A DNA stretch of 64,000 nt from an uncultured Nitrospiraceae bacterium (GCA_963726635.1 CAVSCZ010000013.1:24677-88676); one strand, 5' to 3'. Shown: positions 50,605-59,994, counted from the stretch's first letter. Notes: generated by a model from the sequence alone, not told the origin. Numbers and translations are program-made.

Positions 50605-51328
50605 AGAGAGAGGCGACAGGCCCGGAGAAAACTTTCGCTAGATCGATCACCAATTCATCCCTGGTGTTGGCCAATAACGTATCCACGATGCTATGCCGTT
50701 GTATGACCGTCGCCTCACTAGGATCAAAAAAGAGGTTGAATCCCTTCGCGGCCGTTGGTCGCATAGGGTAGCGCCGATCGTAAATCATCCCATAGGTCGG
50801 AATACCGTAAATGATCTGCCAATTCCCCAATGTAAAATGCAGCTCCGTGCCGTGGAGATAGGCGCCGCCTGAGGTGATGATTCGCTTGACGGACGTTTGC
50901 GGTTGGCTGAGATAAAACGTCACGCGTTCGTCCGGTTGGGCTACGGCGAAGGCCTCTGCGATCTGCCGAGACAAGAGGGCGAGTTCCTCCGGACGAAACG
51001 CCGGTATCAGCGGCGCCTCGCCCTGGAGCCACTTCTGTATCCAAATCCGATGTTCTTTGACCAAGATGCCGCCGAGAATACGAGCAACCTCCTCGTCGCT
51101 CATCGCCTTCGGATGCGCGTGCGCGCTGGGTGGCCACTCCGGCAGGACCGTCTCATCAGGTTCAAGCCGAACGTAATTGACCGGATCTTCGTAGACCGAG
51201 CGATAGGGCACCGTAGGAATGGCGCAGCCGGAGAGAAACAACAGTGCCGAGACGTGAGTGCTGAGGACTAAGTAGGAGAACAGTCTTCGACTCCACGATC
51301 TGGTCTTTTCTTTGCACTCAGCACTCAT
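50594..51328 (-). CDS. lipoprotein of unrecognised family (copy 3)
   Basis: Lipobox LFLSGC. MSDEEVARILGGIL, FRPEELALLSRQIAEAFAVAQPDERVTFYL and LHFTLGNW align with the copies at 4142 and 10001. The last codons run into repeat B1. Confidence 0.7.
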   Translation of the reverse strand: MSAECKEKTRSWSRRLFSYLVLSTHVSALLFLSGCAIPTVPYRSVYEDPVNYVRLEPDETVLPEWPPSAHAHPKAMSDEEVARILGGILVKEHRIWIQKWLQGEAPLIPAFRPEELALLSRQIAEAFAVAQPDERVTFYLSQPQTSVKRIITSGGAYLHGTELHFTLGNWQIIYGIPTYGMIYDRRYPMRPTAAKGFNLFFDPSEATVIQRHSIVDTLLANTRDELVIDLAKVFSGPVASLSGR

Positions 51329-51346
51329 TGCTCAGCACTCCGTACT

Positions 51347-51856
51347 TCAGCCCGTGATCGTGACCGTCATCTCGACTCGTTCGAGCGGATTGTCCCGCCC
51401 GTCCCGCTTCATGCCGACCACCTTGTCCGCCACGTCCATCCCGCTGACCACTTCGCCGAATGCGGTGTACTGCCAATCGAGAAAATTCGCGTCTGCGACG
51501 CAGATGAAAAACTGCGAGCCGGCGCTGTCCGGGTCGTTCGAACGCGCCATGGAAACGACCCCGCGTTTGTGCGGCTTGCTGTTGAACTCAGCCTTGATCT
51601 GATACCCCGGTCCCCCCATGCCGTGCGACGCACGGTCCGGATTCTTACTGTTGGGATCGCCGCCCTGGATCATGAAGCCGGGAATGACTCGATGAAAGGT
51701 TGTGCCGTTATAGAAGCCCTCTTGGGCCAACTTCGTGAAGTTCTTCACGTGACCCGGCGCCACATCATGGAACAATCGCAACACAATCTCGCCCAGTTGG
51801 GTCCCCTTGCTGCTGACGGTAATGGTTGCTCGCGTGCTCTCTGTCGGCTCTGCCAT
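51347..51856 (-). CDS. ppiB: peptidyl-prolyl cis-trans isomerase, cyclophilin type
   Basis: FHRVIPGFMIQGGDP, MARSNDPDSAGSQFFI and LDWQYTAFGEVVSGMDV. Confidence 0.9.
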   Translation of the reverse strand: MAEPTESTRATITVSSKGTQLGEIVLRLFHDVAPGHVKNFTKLAQEGFYNGTTFHRVIPGFMIQGGDPNSKNPDRASHGMGGPGYQIKAEFNSKPHKRGVVSMARSNDPDSAGSQFFICVADANFLDWQYTAFGEVVSGMDVADKVVGMKRDGRDNPLERVEMTVTITG

Positions 51857-51876
51857 CGTCCTCTACCCTTTCTTGG

Positions 51877-52959
51877 TTAGCGAAAACGGAAGGGCGCCGG
51901 AGCCTCCCCCCCCTCAAGACCCTGATTGATGGGATGCCACGTCCGTCCGTCGTCGTCGCTTCGGAATGCCCCCTCGCTCGTACCGGCATAGAGCACTCCG
52001 GCGCCGGACTCGATCAACACTTGGATCGACATGCTCGTCAATCCCTTGTTGAGCGGCACCCACTGACTCCCCTTATCGGTCGTTTTGAAAATGCCGTGTC
52101 CCGTCGCCACGAAGAGACCCCGGCTATTGAACAGAATCCCGCGGATCGAGTCGTTCGGCAACGATCGGCTGATGGGCCGCCAGGTCACGCCTCCATCGGC
52201 ACTGCGAAAGACGCCTCCATCGAACGTGCCGGCATAGATGCCCCCCTCGGGATCGATCGTCAGCACGCGAATAAAGTTCTCCGTCATGCCTTCATGATCT
52301 TTGAGCCCATGTTCCTGGCGCACCCAGCCGGTCGATTGAGCCTTAAATCGCAAGATGCCTTTTCCGGAGGTGCCGGCATACAGCGTCCCGTCGGACGAGA
52401 GGGCCAACGCATGCACCAGGATGTCATCCAAGCCGGTGGTGACCACCGACCAGCGGTCATTGACCGCGCTTAATCGATAGACCCCGTCGGCCGTTCCTGC
52501 GTACACTGCATTCCCCACCGCGAGCAGCGCTTTGATTTCTTGGCGCTTGAGTCCGCTATTGATCGCCTGCCAACTCTTCCCACGATCGCGCGAGCGAAAG
52601 ACCCCGCCACGGAAGGTGCCGGCATAGATCGCGCCGTCTTTCCCCGTGGTCAGGGTCAGAATGAACGGATCCGTCACACCCTGGCCCGATCTCGTCCAGG
52701 TGGTGCCGCGATCCTCGCTGCGAAATAACCCATGACCGAACGAGCCGGCATAGACCATATCGTTTCCGACAGACGTGAGAGCCTGAATACTGGTCAGCTC
52801 CTGCCCGAGCGATTCCCCCTGCGATGCGCGACCTCCATCAGCCGGTGCCATGTGCGACGGTGGCAGCCCGGTCGTCGGCGCGTCTGGAGCCGCCGATCCC
52901 GCCACGTCGGTACTCACAAGCAGCAGGAAAAGGGCCAGAGCGATTCCGATAGGATTCAT
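51877..52959 (-). CDS. secreted beta-propeller protein with BNR/Ycf48-like repeats
   Basis: Signal peptide. About 7 repeats of the type GxxYAGTxxGGVFRSxDxGxxW. Confidence 0.7.
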   Translation of the reverse strand: MNPIGIALALFLLLVSTDVAGSAAPDAPTTGLPPSHMAPADGGRASQGESLGQELTSIQALTSVGNDMVYAGSFGHGLFRSEDRGTTWTRSGQGVTDPFILTLTTGKDGAIYAGTFRGGVFRSRDRGKSWQAINSGLKRQEIKALLAVGNAVYAGTADGVYRLSAVNDRWSVVTTGLDDILVHALALSSDGTLYAGTSGKGILRFKAQSTGWVRQEHGLKDHEGMTENFIRVLTIDPEGGIYAGTFDGGVFRSADGGVTWRPISRSLPNDSIRGILFNSRGLFVATGHGIFKTTDKGSQWVPLNKGLTSMSIQVLIESGAGVLYAGTSEGAFRSDDDGRTWHPINQGLEGGEAPAPFRFR

Positions 52960-52986
52960 CTCAATTCCTTTCCCACGCTCATCTCT

Positions 52987-53760
52987 TTACCGAACCCGTT
53001 GTCCGGCCGGTCCTATCGGCAAATCCGGATCGAGCGGCAAGCTGACTCCGGTCGGGCCTCCCCGCCCAAAGATGCGTGCGCCAAGAATCCCGATCTCATA
53101 CAACACCATCAAGGGCACGGCCATCAAGAGCATGGTAAAGAGGGTCGCATCGGGCGTCACGATGGCCGATACGATCAACGCGGCCATGATCGCGTGCTTC
53201 CGATACTTTGCCAACACCTGGACCGAGACCACGCCGAGTCGCGCCAGGATGGTGAGCACCAGCGGCAACTCAAACGCGCAGCCGAATATCAGCAGAAATT
53301 TGACGTTGAAATCGATGTAGGTCCCGACACTCAAGAGCGGGGTCACGTCGTGATCCATGCCGAAACTGACGAAGAAATCGATGACCAGCGGGAGGATGAC
53401 GAGATTGCAAAAGATCAAACCGAGCACAAAGAGCGCCCCGGCCAGCGCAAACAGCGGAATGCCCCAGCGCTGCTCCTTCGGAAGCAGCGCTGGTTCAATA
53501 AACTTCCAACACTGATAGAAGATGACCGGAAGGCTCGCCAGAATGGCCGCCAGAAAGGACACTTTGATCGAGGCGAACAAGGCTTCCGTCGGTCCGTAGA
53601 AGACCAGCTGATTGGGAAACGGGCGATTCAGCCACGCGACCATCTCGCTGGCAAAGGCAAAAGACACCATCAGGGCCACCAAGATCGTGGCCCCGATGAT
53701 GATCACACGCTTCTTGAGGGTCTGGATGTGTGCGGCAAGAGGATTGAGGATCTGTGCCAT
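52987..53760 (-). CDS. tatC: twin-arginine translocase subunit TatC
   Basis: LAAHIQTLKKRVIIIGATILVALMV...FYGPTEALFASIKVSF...YQCWKFIEPAL with 6 TM segments. Confidence 0.9.
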   Translation of the reverse strand: MAQILNPLAAHIQTLKKRVIIIGATILVALMVSFAFASEMVAWLNRPFPNQLVFYGPTEALFASIKVSFLAAILASLPVIFYQCWKFIEPALLPKEQRWGIPLFALAGALFVLGLIFCNLVILPLVIDFFVSFGMDHDVTPLLSVGTYIDFNVKFLLIFGCAFELPLVLTILARLGVVSVQVLAKYRKHAIMAALIVSAIVTPDATLFTMLLMAVPLMVLYEIGILGARIFGRGGPTGVSLPLDPDLPIGPAGQRVR

Positions 53761-53808
53761 GACTCCAGTCCCGGTTGCTGGCTGCCCTCAGCCCCACGAC
53801 GATGCTCC

Positions 53809-54051
53809 TCAATGTGGAGCGGCCTGAAGCTCGTGGTCTCGATAGATACGAATCAGCTCGGCCATCTTATCTTTCTTCGCCAACTTTTCTTTTTGCAAAT
53901 GCTTCAGCGACTGCTCTTCGGCCGGAGCCAATACGTGGCGCTTTTGCAATTGGATCAATTCCAGGTCTAGCCGGTGGTGAGCCTCTTCCAGTACACGGAA
54001 TTCGTGACTCGATTGGCGCAGCCGTTCCGCAATCATACTGTCTGTCAGCAT
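53809..54051 (-). CDS. DUF465 (YdcH-like) coiled-coil protein
   Basis: HEFRVLEEAHHRLDLELIQL...EEQSLKHLQKEKLAKKDKMAELI. Confidence 0.7.
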   Translation of the reverse strand: MLTDSMIAERLRQSSHEFRVLEEAHHRLDLELIQLQKRHVLAPAEEQSLKHLQKEKLAKKDKMAELIRIYRDHELQAAPH

Positions 54052-54073
54052 GTCGCACCTCCTGGTTATGAGA

Positions 54074-54616
54074 TTACTGCAGCGGCCTGATACGTTCTCC
54101 CTCGCGACCGACTTCGTGTGTCAATCGACCAGACTCCGACACAATCGGGTCCAGCTCCATCAGCAACGCATCTTCAATGGGATTGGTGTAATAGGTTGGT
54201 CGGGTCGACACGTCGCGAAATCCAAGACTCCGGTAGAGCGCGTGCGCGGCATGGTTCGAGGCTCGCACTTCGAGCACGGCGCGCATCGCCGCCTGTGCCA
54301 CCCCTGCCTCCAGGGCCTGTATGACCAAGGCTCGCGCGATGCCTTTGTGCCGCATCGACTCGATGACCGCCAGGTTCATCAGCCGTACTTCCTCAAAGAC
54401 AACCCAGAAACAGAGATACCCGACAATTGAAACGGAACCCCCTTCGCCCGGCGTCACCCGCCTTGCCAACAGAAAATGCGCGAAGGGATTACCGCTCAGT
54501 TCCGCTTGCAACATTTTGCGCGTCCAGGGGGCCGAGAAGCAAGCTTCTTCGATCTGCAGAATGTCAGCCAGCGCCTCGACGGTCGCCGGCTCAATGACCC
54601 ACTCGCCCATCACCAC
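54074..54616 (-). CDS. rimI: ribosomal-protein-alanine N-acetyltransferase RimI (GNAT)
   Basis: ILQIEEACFSAPWTRKMLQAEL...MRHKGIARALVIQALE...LEVRASNHAAHALYRSLGF. It sits downstream of tsaB as in many bacteria. Confidence 0.8.
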   Translation of the reverse strand: MVMGEWVIEPATVEALADILQIEEACFSAPWTRKMLQAELSGNPFAHFLLARRVTPGEGGSVSIVGYLCFWVVFEEVRLMNLAVIESMRHKGIARALVIQALEAGVAQAAMRAVLEVRASNHAAHALYRSLGFRDVSTRPTYYTNPIEDALLMELDPIVSESGRLTHEVGREGERIRPLQ

Positions 54617-54626
54617 TCCCCCTCAG

Positions 54627-54753
54627 GCAGGGATGCTGAAAAAGTCCGCCAGCGTCGTTCTCGCATCGCTCAGACCCTCAACGTACCCCAGAGGGTACGC
54701 CTCGGCCCTTCGCTCGCTGCGGCCTTGCTGAACGGCCTTTTTGAGCATCCTGC
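54627..54753. repeat. family B palindromic intergenic element, copy 2 (127 bp, opposite orientation)
   Basis: GCAGGGATGCTGAAAAAGTCCGCCAG...CTGAACGGCCTTTTTGAGCATCCTGC. The reverse complement aligns with copies 1 and 3 across the whole length. It fills the tsaB-rimI spacer. Confidence 0.8.
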
Positions 54754-54771
54754 TAAGACCTGGCCACGTCG

Positions 54772-55602
54772 TCACGCGCCGTCCCGCGTCCCGCCCGTGC
54801 CTCTCCCTCGTAGGACCCGAGCCCTCGCCGACGGAATCCGGGCCACCGCCACGCGCGCCTTCACTTTTCTTGCAACCCGCTCCTGCCGCAGCGCCACCGG
54901 GGATAGGCCGCCGGACTCTTCGTACTTCAGTTCCGCTGTGGTGCGTTGTACGTACAGCGGGCTGATGCCAGTTCCTGCACACTCACCTCGCCGGAGCCGC
55001 TCAATCCCCGCCAAACCGATCGAGACGGCCGACGGTTTCATGGCATGGTCCGACGCCTCGGTAACCGTGGCGGGGGAAGGAATCGACGCACGGATAGCTG
55101 ACGCTTCGACCGTCCAGCCTTCCCCGAATACGAGAACCGATCCTGTGAGACTGCTCCCCAGTATCGCGGCGGTACCTACCTGTTCCGACATCACTCGCTC
55201 TAACCGATCATCGATGGTCCAGCGAAACAGCGCCCAGTAGAGTTCCCCTCGACGACTGTTGAGAATGGGGCAGAGCGGGGTTGAAGTTCCCCTCAGATTC
55301 CACGCCATACCCTCCAGTGTCGGCACCACCGCCAGGGGGAGCTGACTGATCGTCCGAAATCCGAGGAGCGTCGCCAGGCCGACGCGAAGTCCCGTGAAAG
55401 ACCCGGGGCCGATCGACACGACGAGACCATCCAACTGCTTGAGCGTCAGACCCGTCTCACGAAACAACCGATCGATCGTGGGCAGCAACAGCTTGGCATG
55501 CGATCCGACCGCGTCCTGGTCGTGACGGGCAAGGACGCGCGATTCATCAAGAATCGCAACACTCTGCCATGAAGTTGCCGTTTCGACTGCCAATACTTTC
55601 AT
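54772..55602 (-). CDS. tsaB: tRNA threonylcarbamoyladenosine biosynthesis protein TsaB
   Basis: MKVLAVETATSWQSVAIL...LDGLVVSIGPGSFTGLRVGLATLLGF. The C-terminal ~45 aa extension looks non-canonical. Confidence 0.85.
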   Translation of the reverse strand: MKVLAVETATSWQSVAILDESRVLARHDQDAVGSHAKLLLPTIDRLFRETGLTLKQLDGLVVSIGPGSFTGLRVGLATLLGFRTISQLPLAVVPTLEGMAWNLRGTSTPLCPILNSRRGELYWALFRWTIDDRLERVMSEQVGTAAILGSSLTGSVLVFGEGWTVEASAIRASIPSPATVTEASDHAMKPSAVSIGLAGIERLRRGECAGTGISPLYVQRTTAELKYEESGGLSPVALRQERVARKVKARVAVARIPSARARVLRGRGTGGTRDGA

Positions 55603-55605
55603 CGG

Positions 55606-56407
55606 TTAGACCTGACCGAGGTCGGTTGCTTTCAACGGCTGATTCGGAATCATCTCGTGAAACGTCACCTGCACGCTCCCCTGCCCCTTCCCATCTTCCA
55701 ACGAAATCTTAAACGGCCTCAGCAGCCGCCCATCGCCGGCGCTTGAGATCGCCTCTGCTTCGCCGATCGCACGGAAGTCCTCGTACTCAATGGTCGCTTC
55801 CACCGCACCGGACTCCGTGAGCCGATCTTCCCGAACGACTAGTAACGTCTGCCGCTCAAACCACAGACGCCGGCGCATCGTCTGTGCCCCGTCGGGGGAG
55901 GGACCGGAAACCTCCAACCGGTAGCGGTCTCCCTCTTCGACGAGGGCGACGGTCTCGTCTTTCGCAATCGTGCCGGTGCCCAGCACACCACCCATCGCCC
56001 ACACACTCAATTGAAACGGCCGAGCGAGCTTTCCCATCTCGCTCATGTCGGACGGACTGCCGGACAGGACACGGCCCATCGTCGGCAATCGCAACCGGAA
56101 CTGATCCTCAGCCTGCACAAATTCGAAGAGCTCACTGCCGACCGCGGTGAACCCGCGCAGGCGCATGGCGTTCGGACGACGATAGTACACCGCCCCCTCC
56201 ATCCGCGACGCGATGGGGATGATGCCTCCACGCACCTTCGCGCTGAAGAGACCTTTCATCGTCTGGATCGCCGCTTCGCGCTGACTCAGCAAAGCCGTCA
56301 GTTCCTCTACCGTCGCCTGCTTGAGCCGGACTTCCTCGCGCGGGGTGACAGGGGCGCAGGTGGAGAAAACGGGAACTAAGAAAAAACAAACCAGCAAAAG
56401 AGCCCAT
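55606..56407 (-). pseudogene. LolB-like/DUF4292-like outer-membrane lipoprotein with one frame change in the signal peptide
   Basis: ATG 56405-56407 gives MGSFAGLFF. Removing one A from the A6 run at 56381-56386 gives MGSFAGLFFLVPVFSTCAPVTPREEV..., a lipoprotein leader joined to the 55606-56631 frame. The annotated 341-aa ORF would otherwise overlap radA. Confidence 0.65.
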
Positions 56408-56593
56408 CGGCGCCCACGCTTCTCTCCCCTTGCACCGGTTCCGCTAGAGGAAGCGACCGTCAGGCGAGCCTTTCCTGCACACGGCCAACGAGCACATTCG
56501 ACGAGGTAATCGATGCGTCTTGGCGCACCGGGGGTGGGCGGGTGAGACCATACTCGTTGCGCTTGCACAGAGGCTCGTCTACCTGTCTCCTTT

Positions 56594-57955
56594 CTACGCC
56601 AGAACCACATCCAATGCCTCCCCCACTTCACGAATCCCGATCAATTCGATCCCATCGATGAGTTCCAGCTTGGCCAAGTTCCGTTCCGGCAACAGACAGC
56701 GCTTGAACCCCATCTTCGCCGCTTCACGAATCCGCATTTCAGCCTGACTGATCGCGCGCACTTCACCGCCGAGCCCCACCTCGCCCAGCACCAACAGCCC
56801 CGGCTCAATCGGCACTTCGCGCAAGCTCGATGTGACCGCCGCCACGATGCCCAAATCGATGGCCGGCTCGTCGATGTGCATCCCGCCGACGACGTTCACA
56901 TAGACGTCTTGTCCGGACAGATGCATACCCAGCCGCTTCTCCATGACCGCAAGCAAGAGCGAAACCCGATTCTGCTCCACGCCGTTCGCCATTCGTTTCG
57001 GCATCGCATAACTTGTGGAAGACACCAATGCTTGTAGTTCCACCAGAATCGGCCGCGATCCTTCAAGACTCGATACCACCACCGATCCCGTCGTACGCTG
57101 GGACCGTTCCGCCAAAAACAACTCCGAGGGATTGCTCACTTCCTCCAGCCCGGAGTCCTTCATTTCGAATACGCCGATCTCATTGGTCGAACCAAAGCGA
57201 TTCTTCACCGCGCGGAGGATACGAAAGCTGTGGCCCTTGTCCCCCTCGAAATACAGCACCGTGTCCACGATATGTTCCAGCAACCGCGGCCCGGCGATCG
57301 CCCCTTCTTTGGTGACATGCCCAATGATGAAGACCGGCACGCTGCTGCGCTTCGCGTACCACATCAATTGGCCTGCCACTTCCTGCACCTGGCTGATACT
57401 GCCAGGCGCGGACGTGATCTGTTCCGTATACACAGTTTGAATCGAATCGACGACCACCGCAGCCGGCTGGATCTCCTGCGCCGCCTTGAGAATTTGTTCG
57501 AGGGAGGTTTCTGCCAGGATTAATAGATTCGGATGTTCGATACCAAGCCGCTGCCCCCGCATTTTGATCTGCCTCGGAGACTCCTCTCCTGAGACGTACA
57601 GCACCGGTTCATGTTTGGAAGACAGACGCGGGAGCGCCTGGAGCAACAAGGTCGTCTTCCCGATCCCGGGATCGCCGCCGATCAGGATAACCGAGCCGGG
57701 AATGACTCCGCCTCCGAGCACCCGGTCGAATTCGCCGATATGCGTCAGCCGCCGGTCTTCACCGACCACTTCGATCTCGGCAATCGGCGTGGCTTTTGCC
57801 TGCGCCATCTTCATCGAAGCAGGCCGCCCCTTGCCGGTCGGCGCCTGCCGTTCCTCTTTCATGGTATTCCAGCCGCTGCAATCGGGGCAGCGACCAAGCC
57901 ATCGTGGCGACTGGTGGCCGCAAGCTTGGCAGGAAAAACTCGTTTTCGCCCGCAT
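56594..57955 (-). CDS. radA: DNA repair protein RadA/Sms
   Basis: C4 zinc finger (CQACGHQSPRWLGRCPDCSGW), Walker A GDPGIGKTT, KNRFG motif and Lon-like C-terminal domain. Confidence 0.92.
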   Translation of the reverse strand: MRAKTSFSCQACGHQSPRWLGRCPDCSGWNTMKEERQAPTGKGRPASMKMAQAKATPIAEIEVVGEDRRLTHIGEFDRVLGGGVIPGSVILIGGDPGIGKTTLLLQALPRLSSKHEPVLYVSGEESPRQIKMRGQRLGIEHPNLLILAETSLEQILKAAQEIQPAAVVVDSIQTVYTEQITSAPGSISQVQEVAGQLMWYAKRSSVPVFIIGHVTKEGAIAGPRLLEHIVDTVLYFEGDKGHSFRILRAVKNRFGSTNEIGVFEMKDSGLEEVSNPSELFLAERSQRTTGSVVVSSLEGSRPILVELQALVSSTSYAMPKRMANGVEQNRVSLLLAVMEKRLGMHLSGQDVYVNVVGGMHIDEPAIDLGIVAAVTSSLREVPIEPGLLVLGEVGLGGEVRAISQAEMRIREAAKMGFKRCLLPERNLAKLELIDGIELIGIREVGEALDVVLA

Positions 57956-58165
57956 CTAGAGAAGCCTCAATAAGAAGGAAATCTGAAACCTATAGTAAAG
58001 GATAGGAGGAGTGAATGGAAGATACGGGTGTCGCGCCAGAATCTTGAACCAAGAGCGTTTCCGCTAACGTTTCTTGCAACCAAAGTCTCTTTCGTCTTCT
58101 ACGTTCCCTCCTCCACCCAGAGCGGGAGGCTTCCCCCACAAGAGGGCAGCCAGGTAGCTCCTCCA

Positions 58166-58214
58166 CTGCGCGTGTCGAACGAGCACTGTTTCATCCTGTC
58201 GCGTTCCACGAACA
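58166..58214. repeat. family C hairpin, diverged copy
   Basis: CTGCGCGTGTCGAACGAGCACTGTTTCATCCTGTCGCGTTCCACGAACA. Confidence 0.5.
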
Positions 58215-58290
58215 AGGGGAGCCTCCTAGCCGCCACACTTCCTGTTCCTTCGTCCCCTCAAAGCGGGTGACCGGATTACCCTTTACTTAC

Positions 58291-58336
58291 TGCGCGCGTC
58301 CAACGAGGGCCTTCTGAGGTCGCGCGTTGCGCGAGC
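58291..58336. repeat. family C hairpin nested in an outer stem
   Basis: TGCGCGCGTCCAACGAGGGCCTTCTGAGGTCGCGCGTTGCGCGAGCA is flanked by TTACCCTT / AAGGGTAA. Confidence 0.65.
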
Positions 58337-58358
58337 AAGAAGGGTAACCAGTTGCCCG

Positions 58359-59222
58359 CTACAGCTTCTTGCGCACGTCCTTCCACTCCTTTGCCACCTT
58401 CGCTTTGCGCGGTGCCTCACCTTTGGCTGGTTCCGGCACCATCACGGCTTCGAGGCGACGCTGCAGAAACGCTTCGGCGAATACTTTCGATCTCCCCACA
58501 CCTATTTTGAGCGTCTTCCACCCGGCGGCATGCAGTTCATCGAGCTTCGCTCCAAACGCCTCTGGACCGGATGGCAACACGAGAATGTGTCCGACCGGAA
58601 ACTTCTGATCCTTGAGCCATTGTCTAGCCTGTGCGTTCACCTGATCCTTGGTACCCACCGCCTTATCCTGGGTCACCACATAGAGCAAGTTGTAGTAGAA
58701 CTGCGTGAGCTTGCCGAGTTCCTCCGCGGCATCAGGCATCGGGCGTCTGCCTGCCGCCTCCTTCCCGGGCCAGGTCACGGTCGGCCCCTGTCCGATTGGG
58801 TCTTCCATGAGCGCCGCCATTTCCACCGCCATGATCGGGCTGCGACGTTCCCACACGGCCAGATTCGCACCAGCTTCGGTCACGGCGACTCTCGTTGTGG
58901 CTCCGACGCGCACGGTGAATGGGACGGCCCCTTTGGCCTTCGGGGTGTATGACAAGAAGGCCCGCCCGTCGCCACCGGTCATCGCGGTTGCGACGACGTT
59001 GCCGGCAACGAGAAGCTCAACGGGTTCTCCTCCCAGACCGGTCTCCGTTAGGAGGCCCTTCCATGTAAGCGTCGCTTCAATGATGGCTGGCTGGTTGGGC
59101 GAGGTGAGGCTATCGTGAACCGTCAAGGTTCCGGGAATCTTCTCAGTTGCGGAGAGGATGGTGGTCGCAGTCCAGAAAAGGAGGATGGTGAAAAGACCAG
59201 CTCTGCGGAAGGGAACAGTCAT
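58359..59222 (-). CDS. secreted hypothetical protein
   Basis: Start at Met 59222 gives the leader MTVPFRRAGLFTILLFWTATTILSA. No family recognised. Confidence 0.55.
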   Translation of the reverse strand: MTVPFRRAGLFTILLFWTATTILSATEKIPGTLTVHDSLTSPNQPAIIEATLTWKGLLTETGLGGEPVELLVAGNVVATAMTGGDGRAFLSYTPKAKGAVPFTVRVGATTRVAVTEAGANLAVWERRSPIMAVEMAALMEDPIGQGPTVTWPGKEAAGRRPMPDAAEELGKLTQFYYNLLYVVTQDKAVGTKDQVNAQARQWLKDQKFPVGHILVLPSGPEAFGAKLDELHAAGWKTLKIGVGRSKVFAEAFLQRRLEAVMVPEPAKGEAPRKAKVAKEWKDVRKKL

Positions 59223-59321
59223 AGGCCGCACAGCCGCATAAGCAGTCTTCGGAAACACCATTGTGGCAAGAAGATGAAAATTCAATCGCCCATACGTCTA
59301 GAACACAAGGGAAACATCGAA

Positions 59322-59493
59322 CAGGATGCTCCAAAAGGCCGTCCAGCAAGGCCGCAGCCGATGAAAGCACCGGAGGCGTAGCGTTCCTCACCCGCCCATC
59401 CCGAGCTGCCAAGACAGCTCGTTTCCCAAGTGGGCTACGTTGAGGATGCTTTCGAGGCGAGAACGAAGCTGGCGGGCTTATTCAGCATCCTGC
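59322..59493. repeat. family B palindromic intergenic element, copy 3 (172 bp, with ~45-bp internal insertion)
   Basis: CAGGATGCTCCAAAAGGCCGTCCAGCAAGGCCGCAGCCGATGAAAGCACCGGAGGCGT...GGGCTACGTTGAGGATGCTTTCGAGGCGAGAACGAAGCTGGCGGGCTTATTCAGCATCCTGC. Confidence 0.8.
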
Positions 59494-59500
59494 TAGAAGA

Positions 59501-59968
59501 TTACGCCTTAAGGGCCGCCAGCACGGCATCCACATGACCGTCGACCTTGACCTTGCGGAAGACCGCCTTCACCTTGCCTGCCTGGTCGATCACAAACGTA
59601 CTGCGTTCGATGCCCCAATACTTCTTGCCGTACATGCTTTTCTCTTTGTAGACCCCGTAGGCCTTCGCGGCGACCTTGTCTTCGTCGCTGAGCAACGTGA
59701 ACGGCAAGGAAAATTTCCTGATAAATTTCTGGTGCGATTCCTGGCCGTCAAAACTCACGCCAAGCACGACGGCACCCGCCTTCTTTATCGGCGTGATGGA
59801 GTCGCGGAAGTCGCACGATTCCTTGGTACATCCAGGAGTATCATCTTTTGGGTAAAAATAGAGGACCACCTGCTTACCCGTGAAGTCTCTCAGGCTGACA
59901 CGTTCTCCCGATTGATCGGGAAGCGACAGGGCAGGAGCCTTATCGCCGACTTCGAGTTCTTTTGCCAT
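59501..59968 (-). CDS. bcp: thiol peroxidase Bcp (peroxiredoxin)
   Basis: GKQVVLYFYPKDDTPGCTKESCDFRD. Confidence 0.9.
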   Translation of the reverse strand: MAKELEVGDKAPALSLPDQSGERVSLRDFTGKQVVLYFYPKDDTPGCTKESCDFRDSITPIKKAGAVVLGVSFDGQESHQKFIRKFSLPFTLLSDEDKVAAKAYGVYKEKSMYGKKYWGIERSTFVIDQAGKVKAVFRKVKVDGHVDAVLAALKA

Positions 59969-59994
59969 CTTAGTCCTCATCCGGTTGCCTATGG

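Noticed and set aside
235-56407. Programmed ribosomal frameshifting as an explanation for the split genes.
   Set aside because: No slippery heptamers or downstream structures recur at the sites. The affected genes are unrelated families, and the shifts sit inside signal peptides and conserved cores. Indel error or decay is far more likely.
55606-56631. The 341-aa reading of ORF 55606-56631, which overlaps radA by 38 nt.
   Set aside because: Its N-terminal ~75 aa are Arg/Trp-rich with no start context. ATG 56405-56407 plus a one-base correction in the A6 run gives a canonical lipoprotein leader instead.
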